Positions 36,920 to 46,689 of a stretch of 64,000 bases of DNA are shown here, piece by piece. The notes under the pieces were generated by a model. The model worked only from the letters and a program-made list of their open reading frames with translations, did not search any database and was not told the DNA's origin. This stretch comes from Gammaproteobacteria bacterium (lineage in GTDB: Bacteria; Pseudomonadota; Gammaproteobacteria; Steroidobacterales; Foliamicaceae): NCBI GenBank assembly GCA_009845905.1, contig VXYS01000004.1:460548-524547 (forward strand), given 5' to 3'. The translations under genes and the position numbers were made by a program. Within the stretch, counting starts at the first letter, position 1, and every line of letters starts with the position of its first letter.

Positions 36920-38401
36920 CTAGGCGTAGATCGCGGTCATGGTCGCAACCGCGCGCCTGTATTCGCGGTAGCACTCCCTGTAAGTATTCACGGACGCGCT
37001 GCGCGGTTCGCAACTGCGGCTGTCGTCCTTTTCCAGATGGGCATCGACGAGATCCTCGATCGATGCGCCCGTTTCGATGAGCTGCACGGCCTGAAGCGCC
37101 GCCCCGAAGGCCGCGCCTTCGCCCTGCTTGAGCACCACGACCGGAGCTTCGCAGATGTCGGCAACAATCTGCCGCCACACAGTGCTTCTTGCCCCGCCGC
37201 CGGTCAGCACGATCTCTCCGATATCGACGCCCAGGCCCGCCAGTTCGTCGATACCGAATTTCAGCGCAAAGGTCGCACCTTCGACGGAGGACCGCAGCAG
37301 GTTCTCGGGCCGGGCGTTGCGGCTGTCGATCCCCACTATGCAGCCCTTGGCATCCGGCAGGTTGGGCGTTCGCTCGCCATTGAAAAAGGGCAGCGTGATG
37401 ACGCCCCCCGCGCCCGGCTCGGCAGCAGCCACCCGTTCCTCAAATGCGGATATATCGGCGTTGAGCAGCGAGCGCATCAGCTCGGTGCTGACCGTGCAGT
37501 TCATGGTGCACAACAGCGGCAGCCAGCCCCCGGTTGAAGAACAGAACGCGGCGATATTGCCTTCGGGATCGACAACGGGCTGGTCGGCATAGGCATACAC
37601 GGTGCCCGAGGTGCCAAGGCTCATCGTGAGCATTCCCGGGCGCACGTTGCCGGTGCCGATCGCTCCCATCATGTTGTCGCCGCCGCCGATCCCTACCGGA
37701 ATCCCCGCGGGCAGGCCCAGCTCTTCGGCAATCTCCGTCCGGAGCGTGCCGATGGCTTCGTTGCCGATGCGCAGGGGCGGAAGGCAGTCGCTCAAGTCCC
37801 GGTCCGCATCGATGGCGCGCAGCATGCCTCGGGACCAATCCCTGCGGCGGACATCGAGAAAGCCGGTCCCCGAAGCATCGCCCATTTCCATACAGCGTTC
37901 GCCGGTCAAATGCAGGTTCAGGTAGTCGTGGGGCAATAGAATGCAGTCGAGTCGGTCATACAGTTGGGGTCTGGCCTTCTTCAGCCAACGCAGTTTGGAT
38001 GCGGTGTAGCCCGGCGCAATCGGATTGCCGGCGCGCTCAATGCAGGCTTCGCGACCGCCGAAAGCCAGCATGATCTCCTCGCATTCCACCGCCGTGGACG
38101 TGTCGCACCACAGTTTCACGGGAGCCAGCACTGCGTCTGTTGCGTCCAGCGCCACAAAGCCGTGCTGCTGGCCCGAAACCGCGACGGCCGCCGCTCTCCC
38201 GCGGACCCCGGGATCGACTCGAAGGGACGCCTCGCGCAGCGCGTCCAGCCACCACTCCGCATGCTGTTCGGCCACACCTTCGCCGTCCTGGCGAAGATCG
38301 AGGAACGCGCTGGCGCTGCCGGCCACGCGCCGATTCACGAAGTCGTAGCAGACAACCTTGACGCTCTGGGTGCCGAGATCAATCCCAACCGCAACGGACA
38401 T
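36920..38401 (-). CDS. xylB: xylulokinase (FGGY carbohydrate kinase)
   Basis: N-terminus [15 protein letters not shown] and C-terminus [18 protein letters not shown]. Adjacent to xylA. Confidence 0.88.
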   Translation of the reverse strand: MSVAVGIDLGTQSVKVVCYDFVNRRVAGSASAFLDLRQDGEGVAEQHAEWWLDALREASLRVDPGVRGRAAAVAVSGQQHGFVALDATDAVLAPVKLWCDTSTAVECEEIMLAFGGREACIERAGNPIAPGYTASKLRWLKKARPQLYDRLDCILLPHDYLNLHLTGERCMEMGDASGTGFLDVRRRDWSRGMLRAIDADRDLSDCLPPLRIGNEAIGTLRTEIAEELGLPAGIPVGIGGGDNMMGAIGTGNVRPGMLTMSLGTSGTVYAYADQPVVDPEGNIAAFCSSTGGWLPLLCTMNCTVSTELMRSLLNADISAFEERVAAAEPGAGGVITLPFFNGERTPNLPDAKGCIVGIDSRNARPENLLRSSVEGATFALKFGIDELAGLGVDIGEIVLTGGGARSTVWRQIVADICEAPVVVLKQGEGAAFGAALQAVQLIETGASIEDLVDAHLEKDDSRSCEPRSASVNTYRECYREYRRAVATMTAIYA

Positions 38402-38454
38402 CAGTCAGACCTGCCTGTGCGCGAACCTGGCGTTTTCACCGCTCCCGAAGTCGA

Positions 38455-39315
38455 TCAGTCGTCGACTACTCCAGCATGGGACACGAGCTCCTGGCGCTGT
38501 CGCCCCAGGCCTTCCACTCCCAGTTCCATGACGTCGCCCGGTTTGAGGTAGACGGGCGGATCGTGGCCGAGCCCGACGCCGGAGGGCGTGCCCGTCGAAA
38601 TGATGTCGCCCGGATTCAGCGTCATGAACCGGCTGATGTAGCTGACCAGGTAGCGCACCCCGAATACCATCTTCGAAGTGTTGCTGTTCTGACAGCGCCT
38701 TCCGTTGACGTCCAGCCACAAGTCGAGGCGTTGCGGATCCGGCACTTCGTCCGCCGTCACGAGCCAGGGTCCGATCGGAGCGAATGTGTCACAACTCTTG
38801 CCCTTGACCCACTGCCCGTGCCGCTCCAACTGGAATTCCCGCTCGGAAACGTCGTTGACGACACAGTATCCGGCAACATGATCCAAGGCTTCGGCTTCTG
38901 CAATGTACGACGCCCTTGTGCCGATCACCACGCCGAGTTCCACTTCCCAGTCGGTCTTCGCGGAATCGCGCGGAATGACGACCGGGTCGTACGGCCCGCT
39001 GATCGCGCTGGTGGCCTTGAAGAAAATCACCGGCTCGTCCGCCACGGCACTGCCGCTCTCCTCGGCGTGCTCAACGTAGTTCCGACCGACGCAGACGATT
39101 TTTCCCACGTTGCCGACACAGGGCCCGATGCGCACGTCGCCGGATACGGTGGGAAACCCGCTCACGTCGCTGTCGGCAATCTTGGACAGGGATTCGGCGT
39201 TCAGGTTGGGGCCGTCCAGGTCGCCAATCACGGCCGACAGGTCCCGAATTACGCCGTTCTCATCCAACAGGCCCGGCCGCTCCGCGCCGGGCTCTCCAAA
39301 TCTCAAGAGCTTCAT
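38455..39315 (-). CDS. fumarylacetoacetate hydrolase (FAH) family protein (2,4-diketo-3-deoxy-L-fuconate hydrolase-like by context)
   Basis: 286 aa from ATG 39315 (MKLLRFGEPG...). Contains KIVCVGRNYVEHAEE and ISTGTPSGVG motifs. The upstream 72 codons of the track ORF are rejected. Confidence 0.82.
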   Translation of the reverse strand: MKLLRFGEPGAERPGLLDENGVIRDLSAVIGDLDGPNLNAESLSKIADSDVSGFPTVSGDVRIGPCVGNVGKIVCVGRNYVEHAEESGSAVADEPVIFFKATSAISGPYDPVVIPRDSAKTDWEVELGVVIGTRASYIAEAEALDHVAGYCVVNDVSEREFQLERHGQWVKGKSCDTFAPIGPWLVTADEVPDPQRLDLWLDVNGRRCQNSNTSKMVFGVRYLVSYISRFMTLNPGDIISTGTPSGVGLGHDPPVYLKPGDVMELGVEGLGRQRQELVSHAGVVDD

Positions 39316-39416
39316 CGCAGCTGTGTTGTTCCCCTCATCGTTCGCCTTCCCGAAGAAAAACAATGTTACCCCGGCAGGTAACGCGCACCGCCTCCGGCGC
39401 GCGTGTAAATTCCAAC

Positions 39417-39449
39417 AAACTTGACAGAATACAGCAAGTTTAATACTCT
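39417..39449 (+). promoter_or_regulatory. candidate sigma70-type promoter with an overlapping 7-bp inverted repeat
   Basis: TTGACA (39421..39426), N17, TACTCT (39444..39449), about 35 nt upstream of ATG 39485. Inverted repeat AAACTTG-N11-CAAGTTT (39417..39441) spans the -35 element and spacer. Confidence 0.35.
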
Positions 39450-39484
39450 CCCCCGGACATTTTGTCTTCCACGGTAAAGGTCCC

Positions 39485-40615
39485 ATGAATCTTGGGCTGT
39501 TCTTCATGCCCCACCTGGCGCCGGAGCGCACCCCAAAGCAGGGTCAGGAGTTCATCCTCAGCACGATCGTCCGCGCCGACGAGCTCGGCTACTCCGAGGC
39601 CTGGATCGGCGAGCATTTTGCCTGCGGATGGGAGCCCGTGCCCGCGCCGGATCTGCTGATCGCGCAGGCCCTGGTGCAGACGAAACAGATCAAGCTGGCC
39701 CCCGGGGCACACGTACTGCCCTACCACCATCCGGTCGAGCTCGCGCACCGGATTGCCTACCTGGACCACCTCGCGCAGGGAAGGTACATGGTGGGCATCG
39801 GCGCCGGTTCCGTCCCCATGGACGCGGACCTGCTGGGCTCGGTCCGTTACGAGGAAGACGGCACGCCCACCATGCTGAATGCGCAAATGACGCAGGAAGC
39901 GCTGGACATCATGATCCGGCTGTGGACCGAGGACAAGGCCTTCGATTACAACGGCAAGTTCTGGCAATTCAAGCGCCGCGACTACGACGATTTCGAGAAG
40001 GGGCCGTTCCTCAAGCCGTTTCAGAAACCCCACCCCCCGCTGGGCATGGCGGGCATATCGGACAGTTCACGAACCCTGGCGCTGGCCGGCAAACTGGGCT
40101 TCCGGCCGATGAGCTTCTACATCGGCGCGGGCTATCTCGCGGGCCACTGGGACGCCTATGAAGCCGAGGCCACGAAGGCCGGACACAGCGTTTCGCGCGA
40201 CGACTGGGCCGTATCGCCACCGTTTTTCGTTGCGGACACCGACGAGGAAGCGGTGGAGCTGGCCTCCACGGGAGAGGTGGCGCGTTTCTGGGAGGAGTAC
40301 ATGATCCCCGGCATTGTTCGGCGCGGCCTGGCCAAATATTCGAAGGCGGACCCCAGCCATACGGACGACATGATCACGCCGGAATATCTCGCGCGGCACA
40401 TCTGGCTGGTGGGATCGCCGCAAACGGTGGCTGCGAAGACCGAGAAACTGATTCGCGAAACGGGCGGATTCGGAACCTTGATCGGCATGTGTTTCGACTT
40501 CATCGAACAGTACGACGCCTGGATCCACAATCTGGACCTCATGATCAATGAGGTTATGCCACGCCTGCAACGCGCCATGCCCGATCAGGGCTGCGCTGCA
40601 GGCCCTATGCAGTAA
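39485..40615 (+). CDS. LLM-class (luciferase-like) flavin-dependent oxidoreductase
   Basis: MNLGLFFMPH...ELGYSEAWIGEHF is a typical luciferase-like monooxygenase N-terminus. 376 aa. Confidence 0.82.
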   Translation: MNLGLFFMPHLAPERTPKQGQEFILSTIVRADELGYSEAWIGEHFACGWEPVPAPDLLIAQALVQTKQIKLAPGAHVLPYHHPVELAHRIAYLDHLAQGRYMVGIGAGSVPMDADLLGSVRYEEDGTPTMLNAQMTQEALDIMIRLWTEDKAFDYNGKFWQFKRRDYDDFEKGPFLKPFQKPHPPLGMAGISDSSRTLALAGKLGFRPMSFYIGAGYLAGHWDAYEAEATKAGHSVSRDDWAVSPPFFVADTDEEAVELASTGEVARFWEEYMIPGIVRRGLAKYSKADPSHTDDMITPEYLARHIWLVGSPQTVAAKTEKLIRETGGFGTLIGMCFDFIEQYDAWIHNLDLMINEVMPRLQRAMPDQGCAAGPMQ

Positions 40616-41672
40616 ACGGCCTGAATCCCGCGGCCGCGGCGGCCGCGTTGAGCCGGGCAAGGCCCCCGGCGCTCAGTTCCACGCTGCCGGCATGCGACAG
40701 GCGGCTGTCGAATTCGGGATCTCCGGGAGCAAGAACTGCGTCCACGCCTTCGGCAAGCGGAACATCGGTGACCCAGCGAAGATAACGTTCGATACGCTCC
40801 GAGACCGATTCCAGATCCTGTCCCAGGCGCGTGGGGTCGAGAACGATCACCAGGAGATTATTCGCGATCAGGCCCGCGTCGTCGAGTTCCGCGATCGTCT
40901 CTCCACCGGCCAGCGCGGAAGACAGCAATTCAGCCACCAGGGCCAGCCCGTAACCCTTGTGATCGCCAAAGGGCAGCAGCGCCCCGGTGGGCTCTTCGAA
41001 CATCACCGCAGGGTTCCGGGTTTCATTGCCGCGGTGGTCGAGAAGGGATCCTTCGGGCGCCGGGACGCCGCGGGTATGGGCCACGCGCGCCTTGCCCAGG
41101 GGAATGCGGCTGGTCGCGAAATCGAGCAGTATCGGCGGTTGGCCGACCCGCGGAATGCCGATGCAATGGGGATTGGTGCCGATCCTCGCCTGCGTGCCGC
41201 CAAAGGGAGCGACCAACGGGGCGCGCCCGTAAACATTGGCCCAGAACATGCTGATCATTCCGGCGTCCGCGGCGCGCTCCGCATAGTATCCGATACGGCC
41301 CATGTGGTGGGCGCGGATGACGTTGACGATGCCCACCCCGTATTGCGCGACCATGCCCACAGCGCGATCGACGGCCTCCAGCGCAACAATGTGTCCAAGC
41401 GCGAAGTTGGCGTCGATCACGGCAAACGGGGGATTGGCGGGACTGTCGGCCGGTTCGGCGCCGGGCCGGATCGCTCCCGCCCGGAACGAATCCACGTAGG
41501 TGCCCAGCATGCCGGTCCCGTGCGAAGGGTGCCCGGACTGATCCGCCACAACCAGGTGGTCGGCGACGATATCGCCCTCGCTGCGCTTCCAGCCCATGTG
41601 CACGAACAGGTCGGAGACGAATTGGCGCAGACTGTCGGCGCCCACCCGGACCGCGCTCCCGCTTGCGCCCAT
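40605..41672 (-). CDS. Ldh_2 family oxidoreductase (malate/L-lactate/ureidoglycolate dehydrogenase type 2)
   Basis: 355 aa from ATG 41672. Contains ADQSGHPSHGTGMLGTYV and FGDHKGYGLAL motifs. The upstream 70 codons of the track ORF overlap the SDR gene. Confidence 0.8.
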   Translation of the reverse strand: MGASGSAVRVGADSLRQFVSDLFVHMGWKRSEGDIVADHLVVADQSGHPSHGTGMLGTYVDSFRAGAIRPGAEPADSPANPPFAVIDANFALGHIVALEAVDRAVGMVAQYGVGIVNVIRAHHMGRIGYYAERAADAGMISMFWANVYGRAPLVAPFGGTQARIGTNPHCIGIPRVGQPPILLDFATSRIPLGKARVAHTRGVPAPEGSLLDHRGNETRNPAVMFEEPTGALLPFGDHKGYGLALVAELLSSALAGGETIAELDDAGLIANNLLVIVLDPTRLGQDLESVSERIERYLRWVTDVPLAEGVDAVLAPGDPEFDSRLSHAGSVELSAGGLARLNAAAAAAGFRPFTA

Positions 41673-41682
41673 GACGGCGCAG

Positions 41683-42483
41683 TCAGTAATGGATCGCGGT
41701 CTTGGCGCCGCCCGCCGCGGCGATGACGTCGCCGTTGATGCATCGCGACAGCGGCGACGCGAGAAAGGCGACCACGCCGCCGATATCCTCGGGCGTGGGA
41801 AGATAGCCGTTGAGATTGCCCGAGGCGAGTCCTGCCTCGATTTCCTGTTCGGAACTCCCCTCTTCCGCGGCGCGCCGCGCAATCATTGCCGCCACCTTGT
41901 CGGTTTTGGTGTAACCGGGATGCACAACCGTTGCGGTGATTCCGCTGCCCCCAAGCTCCTCGGCCAGGTTCTTGGTCATTGCAACGACGGCCACGTTGCG
42001 GATGCTGCCCACCGTGTCGCCCGACTTTCTGGCCCCCATTCCGCTGATCGATATGATCCGCCCCCAACCCTTGCTGCGCATATGGGGCAGCAGCGCCTGC
42101 GCACAGCGCAGATAACCCATGACCTTGACGTTCATCTGCTCCATCAACTGATCCCTGGTGACTTCCCAGGCCAGCGGAGTGCGGCCCTGTCCGGCCGGCG
42201 CGGCCGCGCAATTGACGAGTATTTCGGCCGCTCCCAACCTCTCCATGACGTCTTCAGCCATCGCAAGCACCGAGGCCCCGTCCCCCGTGTCCGCCGGAGA
42301 GGCGATCACTTCGGACCCTGTCGCCGCGCTGATCTCATCGGCGGCCTTTTCCAGGGCCGCCCGGGTACGCGCCACCACCGCGACCCTTGCGCCTTCGCGG
42401 GCCAGCGACTCGGCAATGGCCCGTCCTATCCCCTGGCTGCCACCCGTGACAACGGCCACCTTGGCCGCAATTCCGAGATCCAT
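41683..42483 (-). CDS. SDR family oxidoreductase
   Basis: ATG 42483 has a GGGAGAAGGA RBS. Contains VVTGGSQGIG. 266 aa. Confidence 0.85.
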   Translation of the reverse strand: MDLGIAAKVAVVTGGSQGIGRAIAESLAREGARVAVVARTRAALEKAADEISAATGSEVIASPADTGDGASVLAMAEDVMERLGAAEILVNCAAAPAGQGRTPLAWEVTRDQLMEQMNVKVMGYLRCAQALLPHMRSKGWGRIISISGMGARKSGDTVGSIRNVAVVAMTKNLAEELGGSGITATVVHPGYTKTDKVAAMIARRAAEEGSSEQEIEAGLASGNLNGYLPTPEDIGGVVAFLASPLSRCINGDVIAAAGGAKTAIHY

Positions 42484-42519
42484 AAATCCTTCTCCCAAGC
42501 TTCGGTCTGGCTCGGATTC

Positions 42520-42536
42520 TTACTGTAAACTAGTAA
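42520..42536. promoter_or_regulatory. candidate operator TTACTGTAAACTAGTAA (TACT-N7-AGTA dyad)
   Basis: Lies 18 nt upstream of aminotransferase ATG 42554, in a divergent intergenic region. Shares the core TACTGTA-N3-TAGTA with the site at 45459..45479. Confidence 0.35.
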
Positions 42537-42553
42537 TTTTGCAAGAAGCTTCG

Positions 42554-43714
42554 ATGAAACCGCCTGCCCGGACCGTCGCCGAAATGCCCCAAAGCGGCAT
42601 TCGGGAAATTGCCAATCTCGCCGCCCGGACGCCCGACTGCGTGCGTCTCGATCTCGGCGAACCGCACTTCCCCACGCCACCGCATATTGTCGAGGCTGCC
42701 TGCCAGGCGGCACGGGACGGATTTACAAAGTACACGCCGCCGGTCGGTCTGCTTTCCCTGCGCCAGGCAATCTCCGAAAAACTCCAGCGGGTAAATGGCC
42801 TGCATGTTCCTGCGGACCGGATCGTGGCGGTGAGCGGCGCCACCTCGGGGCTTTTTACGGCCTGCCTGTCGATTCTGGAGCACGGCGACGAGATTCTTCT
42901 GCCGGATCCCGCCTGGCCCAACTGGGAAATGATGGTCCTGTCGGCCGGAGGGACGATCCGTCATTACCCTGCTGATTCATCGAGGAACTTTCTGCCGGAA
43001 CCCGGAGAACTTGATGCGTACGTGGGAGATCGGACCAGGGCCATCATCCTGAATTCCCCATCGAACCCGACGGGAGCGGTCATGAGCCCCGGCCTGGTTC
43101 GTGAAATGGTGGATTTCGCCCGCCGCCATGACCTCTGGGTCATTGCCGACGAGTGCTACGACGAGTTCGTCTTCGAAGAGGAACACGCGTGTGCGGCCCG
43201 GTTCGACGGCGATGGGCGTGTGATCAGTCTTTTCAGTTGCTCGAAGACCTACGCGATGACCGGCTGGCGCGTCGGCTACGTGGCCTGTCCCGAGGCCCTG
43301 ATCGAAGTCATGGCGAAGCTCCAGCAGCCCGTAATCGGCTCGATCTGCTCCGTGGCCCAGAAGGCCGCCGAGGCCGCAATTCGGGGACCCCAGGACAGCA
43401 TAGCGGTAATGCGCGACTACTACCGCGGCAACCGGGACCTCGCCGTGGACATGTTCGCGAATACCGGCATCAGGACCTGGTCGCCTGGCGGCGCGTTTTA
43501 CATGATGGTGGATATTTCGTCCGCCAGCATGGATACCTACGATTTCGCCAAGCGCCTTGTGCGGTCACGGCAAGTCTCGGTGGCGCCCGGAGAAACCTTC
43601 GGCCCGGGCGGGCGCGGACTGGTGCGCCTGTCTCTCGCAACCTCCCGGGACAAGCTCGTGACCGGCCTTGAGCGGCTCATCGAAGCGATACGGGCGGATT
43701 CGCAAGCCGCTTGA
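42554..43714 (+). CDS. pyridoxal-phosphate-dependent aminotransferase, class I/II
   Basis: 386 aa from ATG 42554. Contains NSPSNPTG and the PLP-lysine motif SKTYAMTGWRVGY. Confidence 0.88.
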   Translation: MKPPARTVAEMPQSGIREIANLAARTPDCVRLDLGEPHFPTPPHIVEAACQAARDGFTKYTPPVGLLSLRQAISEKLQRVNGLHVPADRIVAVSGATSGLFTACLSILEHGDEILLPDPAWPNWEMMVLSAGGTIRHYPADSSRNFLPEPGELDAYVGDRTRAIILNSPSNPTGAVMSPGLVREMVDFARRHDLWVIADECYDEFVFEEEHACAARFDGDGRVISLFSCSKTYAMTGWRVGYVACPEALIEVMAKLQQPVIGSICSVAQKAAEAAIRGPQDSIAVMRDYYRGNRDLAVDMFANTGIRTWSPGGAFYMMVDISSASMDTYDFAKRLVRSRQVSVAPGETFGPGGRGLVRLSLATSRDKLVTGLERLIEAIRADSQAA

Positions 43715-43740
43715 GTATAGTGAACGCCGCACAAGGAGCC

Positions 43741-44463
43741 ATGGCCCATGCGGAAGGCACCGCGCGGATTGCGGTGCTGGTGCCCTCGACCTTTCTCCTG
43801 GATGGGGAAATATGCGAAATGGCTGCCCGGCGGGGCGCGGAGGCGCATTTGTTCCGTGTCCACCCGGAGTCCGTCGCGGATCCGCGCGATTCGGACGCGG
43901 TGGCGCGGATGGTCGAGGACATGGGGTCGGTCGAATCGCTGTCGAAAGCGGCAGCGCAGACTGCCGATGTAGCGCCGCACGCCATCGTCTGGGCATGCAC
44001 CTCCGGCTCTTTCCTGGGCGACGGAAATTTCGGAGAACGGCAAGCCAGGGTGCTCTCCGAATCCGGCGGAAACGTTCCCGCAACCACGACTTCACTTGCG
44101 CTCGTGGCGGCATTGAAGCGGTTAGCGGCCCGCAAGTTGCTTGTTCTCACTCCGTACCACGCGGACATCGGGGTCAAATTCGTCGATTTCTTGGAAAAAA
44201 GCGGCTTCCGCCCAGTGGGCCACGCTCATGCCGGCAAGGGCAGCGATGGTGAGGTAGGGACCTTGCGCCCGAAAGATTTTCTGGCCCTGGCGCGATCGGC
44301 CGGAACGCCGCCATTCGATGCGATCGTCATTCCGTGCACCGCTGTTCGCGATCGGCGGATGTCCGCGGAGCTTTCCCGGGAATTGCAACAGCCGGTCGTC
44401 ACCGCCAACGCGGCAACCATGGACCTCGCGGTACAATTGGCGCGGGGAGAACACGGCGCGTAG
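43741..44463 (+). CDS. Asp/Glu racemase / maleate isomerase superfamily protein (paralog 2, both catalytic Cys present)
   Basis: ATG 43741 is preceded by AAGGAG. VWACTSGSF and VIPCTAV motifs supply two Cys at the positions of the maleate isomerase catalytic pair. Confidence 0.75.
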   Translation: MAHAEGTARIAVLVPSTFLLDGEICEMAARRGAEAHLFRVHPESVADPRDSDAVARMVEDMGSVESLSKAAAQTADVAPHAIVWACTSGSFLGDGNFGERQARVLSESGGNVPATTTSLALVAALKRLAARKLLVLTPYHADIGVKFVDFLEKSGFRPVGHAHAGKGSDGEVGTLRPKDFLALARSAGTPPFDAIVIPCTAVRDRRMSAELSRELQQPVVTANAATMDLAVQLARGEHGA

Positions 44464-44528
44464 GGGAAGGCTCCGGCACTCGTCATGCATTCGGGAAGGT
44501 ACATTCGCCAAAGACGAGAACTGTCTGC

Positions 44529-45404
44529 ATGAAGTTAGCAAAATCGGAATACGCGCTATCGATCGGCGAAGTGTCCAAACTGCTTCACGTCTCGCCGGGC
44601 ATTCTGAGAATCTGGGAGCGTGAAGGCCTGATCACGCCCGAGAGAACGAAGGGCCGGCACCGGGTATACCGCCAGCAGCATGTGCGCCGCCTCCGGAAGG
44701 TCATCCGGCTCTATTACAACGAGCGCCTCAATCCGGCCGCGATCCGCCGCGAACTCGGCAGATCTCCCGAGCCTTCGGCCGAAGACAGCTATGTTGACGA
44801 GAAGCTGGGAGAAAAGCTCAGGATGCTGCGCAAGCAGCGCAAGATGACGCTGGTCCAGACCGCCGAATCCTCCGGACTGTCGCCGTCGTTCATCAGCGCC
44901 CTGGAGCGCGGCAACACCGGTGTTTCAATGGAGGCCCTGTTCCGCCTGGGCGAAGCGCTTCGGACCACGCTGCCGACGCTCAAGGGCGAAGAGCTCCCTC
45001 CAGCCAAGCGCCGCTTTGTACCCGCGGATAAACGTCCCCGATTCGTCACCCAGGACAAGTCCATCATCATCGAAGACATCATCTCGAAGCCGGCCGGCAT
45101 GGAGGCGGAGATTTCACACATTGCACCCGGCGGGCACAGCAACGGTATCTGGTCGCACAAGGGCCAGGAATTCGTTTACGTGCTGTCCGGTCAGCTTTCG
45201 CTATGGCTGGAGCCGGATGAGGATTACGAGCTGAAGACCGGGGACACGCTCTATTTCCACAGCCACCTCATGCACCGCTGGAAGAACAACTCCGACGAAA
45301 CGACGGTTGTGCTTTGGGTCAACGCCTTCCTTCCCGAGTATGCGCAGGTGCGCTCGGAATCGGAGGAAACCGGCCGGATTTCCGCGCCCGCGGACGAGGA
45401 CTAA
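44529..45404 (+). CDS. transcriptional regulator with MerR-type HTH + XRE-type HTH + cupin domains
   Basis: From ATG 44529. MerR-like: YALSIGEVSKLLHVSPGILRIWEREGLITPERTKGRHRVY. XRE-like: LRMLRKQRKMTLVQTAESSGLSPSFISALERG. Cupin: HKGQEFVYVLSGQLSLWL...GDTLYFHSHLMHRW. Confidence 0.8.
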   Translation: MKLAKSEYALSIGEVSKLLHVSPGILRIWEREGLITPERTKGRHRVYRQQHVRRLRKVIRLYYNERLNPAAIRRELGRSPEPSAEDSYVDEKLGEKLRMLRKQRKMTLVQTAESSGLSPSFISALERGNTGVSMEALFRLGEALRTTLPTLKGEELPPAKRRFVPADKRPRFVTQDKSIIIEDIISKPAGMEAEISHIAPGGHSNGIWSHKGQEFVYVLSGQLSLWLEPDEDYELKTGDTLYFHSHLMHRWKNNSDETTVVLWVNAFLPEYAQVRSESEETGRISAPADED

Positions 45405-45458
45405 ACCCTGTCCGCCGTGCGCCGGACTGCTCTGAACGGCATTTTGGTTTTCCAGTAA

Positions 45459-45479
45459 ATCTACTGTACGATAGTAGAT
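45459..45479. promoter_or_regulatory. candidate operator ATCTACTGTACGATAGTAGAT (7-7-7 dyad)
   Basis: Perfect 7-bp arms ATCTACT/AGTAGAT, 30 nt upstream of ATG 45509. Shares TACTGTA-N3-TAGTA with the site at 42520..42536. Confidence 0.35.
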
Positions 45480-45508
45480 ATGCCGCGATGCCCGCCGGGG
45501 CCGTCAAC

Positions 45509-46687
45509 ATGAACCACGAGCCGACAATGGAATTTCTGCCCGAACCGGCGTTTCCGGTGGCGGAGTTTGAAGGCAGGCTGGCCGCCCTGAACGAAAAGAT
45601 CCTCTCCGGCGGCCTGGACGCGATGGTTATCCATATTCCGGAAAACATCAATTACATTTCTGGATGGCACACTCCAGGCTATTACTACCCGCAAATGCTG
45701 ATCGTAAAGCCGGGATCCAGGCCCATCATCATCCTGCGCGCGCTCGAGGCCCTGGGATTGCCGGTACGATCCTGGTTCCGGCAAGACCAGTTGATGGCCT
45801 ATCACGACAACGAGTCGCCTGTCGGCGAACTCGTCGAAGCGCTGAAGCGGCTTGAGCTCACCCGTTCCAGCGTCGGGCTGGAAACGCACGGCTGGTTCTT
45901 CACCGTTGACATGAATCGGGAGCTTGCGGACAGGCTGCCGAACATGAAGTTGGAGCCCAGCGGCTGGCTTGTGGAGTCGCTGAGGCGGAAGAAGTCCCCT
46001 GCCGAGATCGAGCAGATACGCAGGGCCTGCCGAATTGCGGAGATCGGTATCCGGGCGGGAATCGAAAATTTCCGGGCCGGCATGACGGAAGCCGAGCTGG
46101 CCGGCCACATACACCAGGCAATGGTGTCGTCCGGCTGCGAATACGTGGGATTGCCGATATTCGTCATGTCCGGACACCGGCAGCTCGCCCCACATTCCGT
46201 CTGGTCCAGCGAGAAGAGGATCGTGCCGGGCGAAAATATCTTTCTGGAGGTGGCCGGCTCGGTGAACCGGTACGCGGGCGCGTTGTTCCGGACCCTGGTG
46301 GTAGGCCCTCCAACGCAGCGTAATATCGAGAACATGGCGATTGCCGAAGCGATGCTCGACGCGGCGATGGCGGCGATCCGCCCCGGAACCACGTCCAACT
46401 GCGTCAACCAGGCGGTAAAGCGCATTGCCGACAGGAACGGGATCGTGCTGCGCAAACGCGCCGGGTATTCGATGGGCATTAATTTTGCGCCGGACTGGGG
46501 CGAGGGCAGTTTCCTCACGCTTCAGGACGGCGATCAGACCGTCCTGGAGCCGGGAATGGTGTTTCACTTGCCGCAGGCCGTGCGCCGTGCCGGCGAACCG
46601 CTGGTGGCGAGCAGCGAAACGGTTGTCGTAACGGAGTCGGGGTGCGGGCAGTTGACTCAATTCGCGCGCGGCCTGATCGAAGTCTGA
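45509..46687 (+). CDS. M24 family metallopeptidase-fold hydrolase (creatinase / ectoine-hydrolase / Xaa-Pro peptidase-like)
   Basis: 392 aa. A creatinase-type N-domain is followed by a pita-bread fold region (SPAEIEQIRRACRIAE, HSVWSS, GMVFHL). An alternative start is ATG 45488. Confidence 0.78.
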   Translation: MNHEPTMEFLPEPAFPVAEFEGRLAALNEKILSGGLDAMVIHIPENINYISGWHTPGYYYPQMLIVKPGSRPIIILRALEALGLPVRSWFRQDQLMAYHDNESPVGELVEALKRLELTRSSVGLETHGWFFTVDMNRELADRLPNMKLEPSGWLVESLRRKKSPAEIEQIRRACRIAEIGIRAGIENFRAGMTEAELAGHIHQAMVSSGCEYVGLPIFVMSGHRQLAPHSVWSSEKRIVPGENIFLEVAGSVNRYAGALFRTLVVGPPTQRNIENMAIAEAMLDAAMAAIRPGTTSNCVNQAVKRIADRNGIVLRKRAGYSMGINFAPDWGEGSFLTLQDGDQTVLEPGMVFHLPQAVRRAGEPLVASSETVVVTESGCGQLTQFARGLIEV

Positions 46688-46689
46688 CG

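Noticed and set aside
43711-43714. TTGA stop/start overlaps taken as proof of TTG-initiated translational coupling (also at 27740..27743 and 26322..26325)
   Set aside because: The ORF track extends every ORF to the most upstream ATG, GTG or TTG. At 43711 and 27743, better starts with good RBSs exist downstream (ATG 43741 and GTG 27731). Only the 26325 case remains a candidate, and it is unproven.
45459-45479. Possible LexA SOS box, because of the TACTGTA core
   Set aside because: The gammaproteobacterial SOS box is CTGT-N8-ACAG. Here the dyad is TACT-N7-AGTA with no ACAG half-site. The neighbouring genes are catabolic, not DNA-repair genes.
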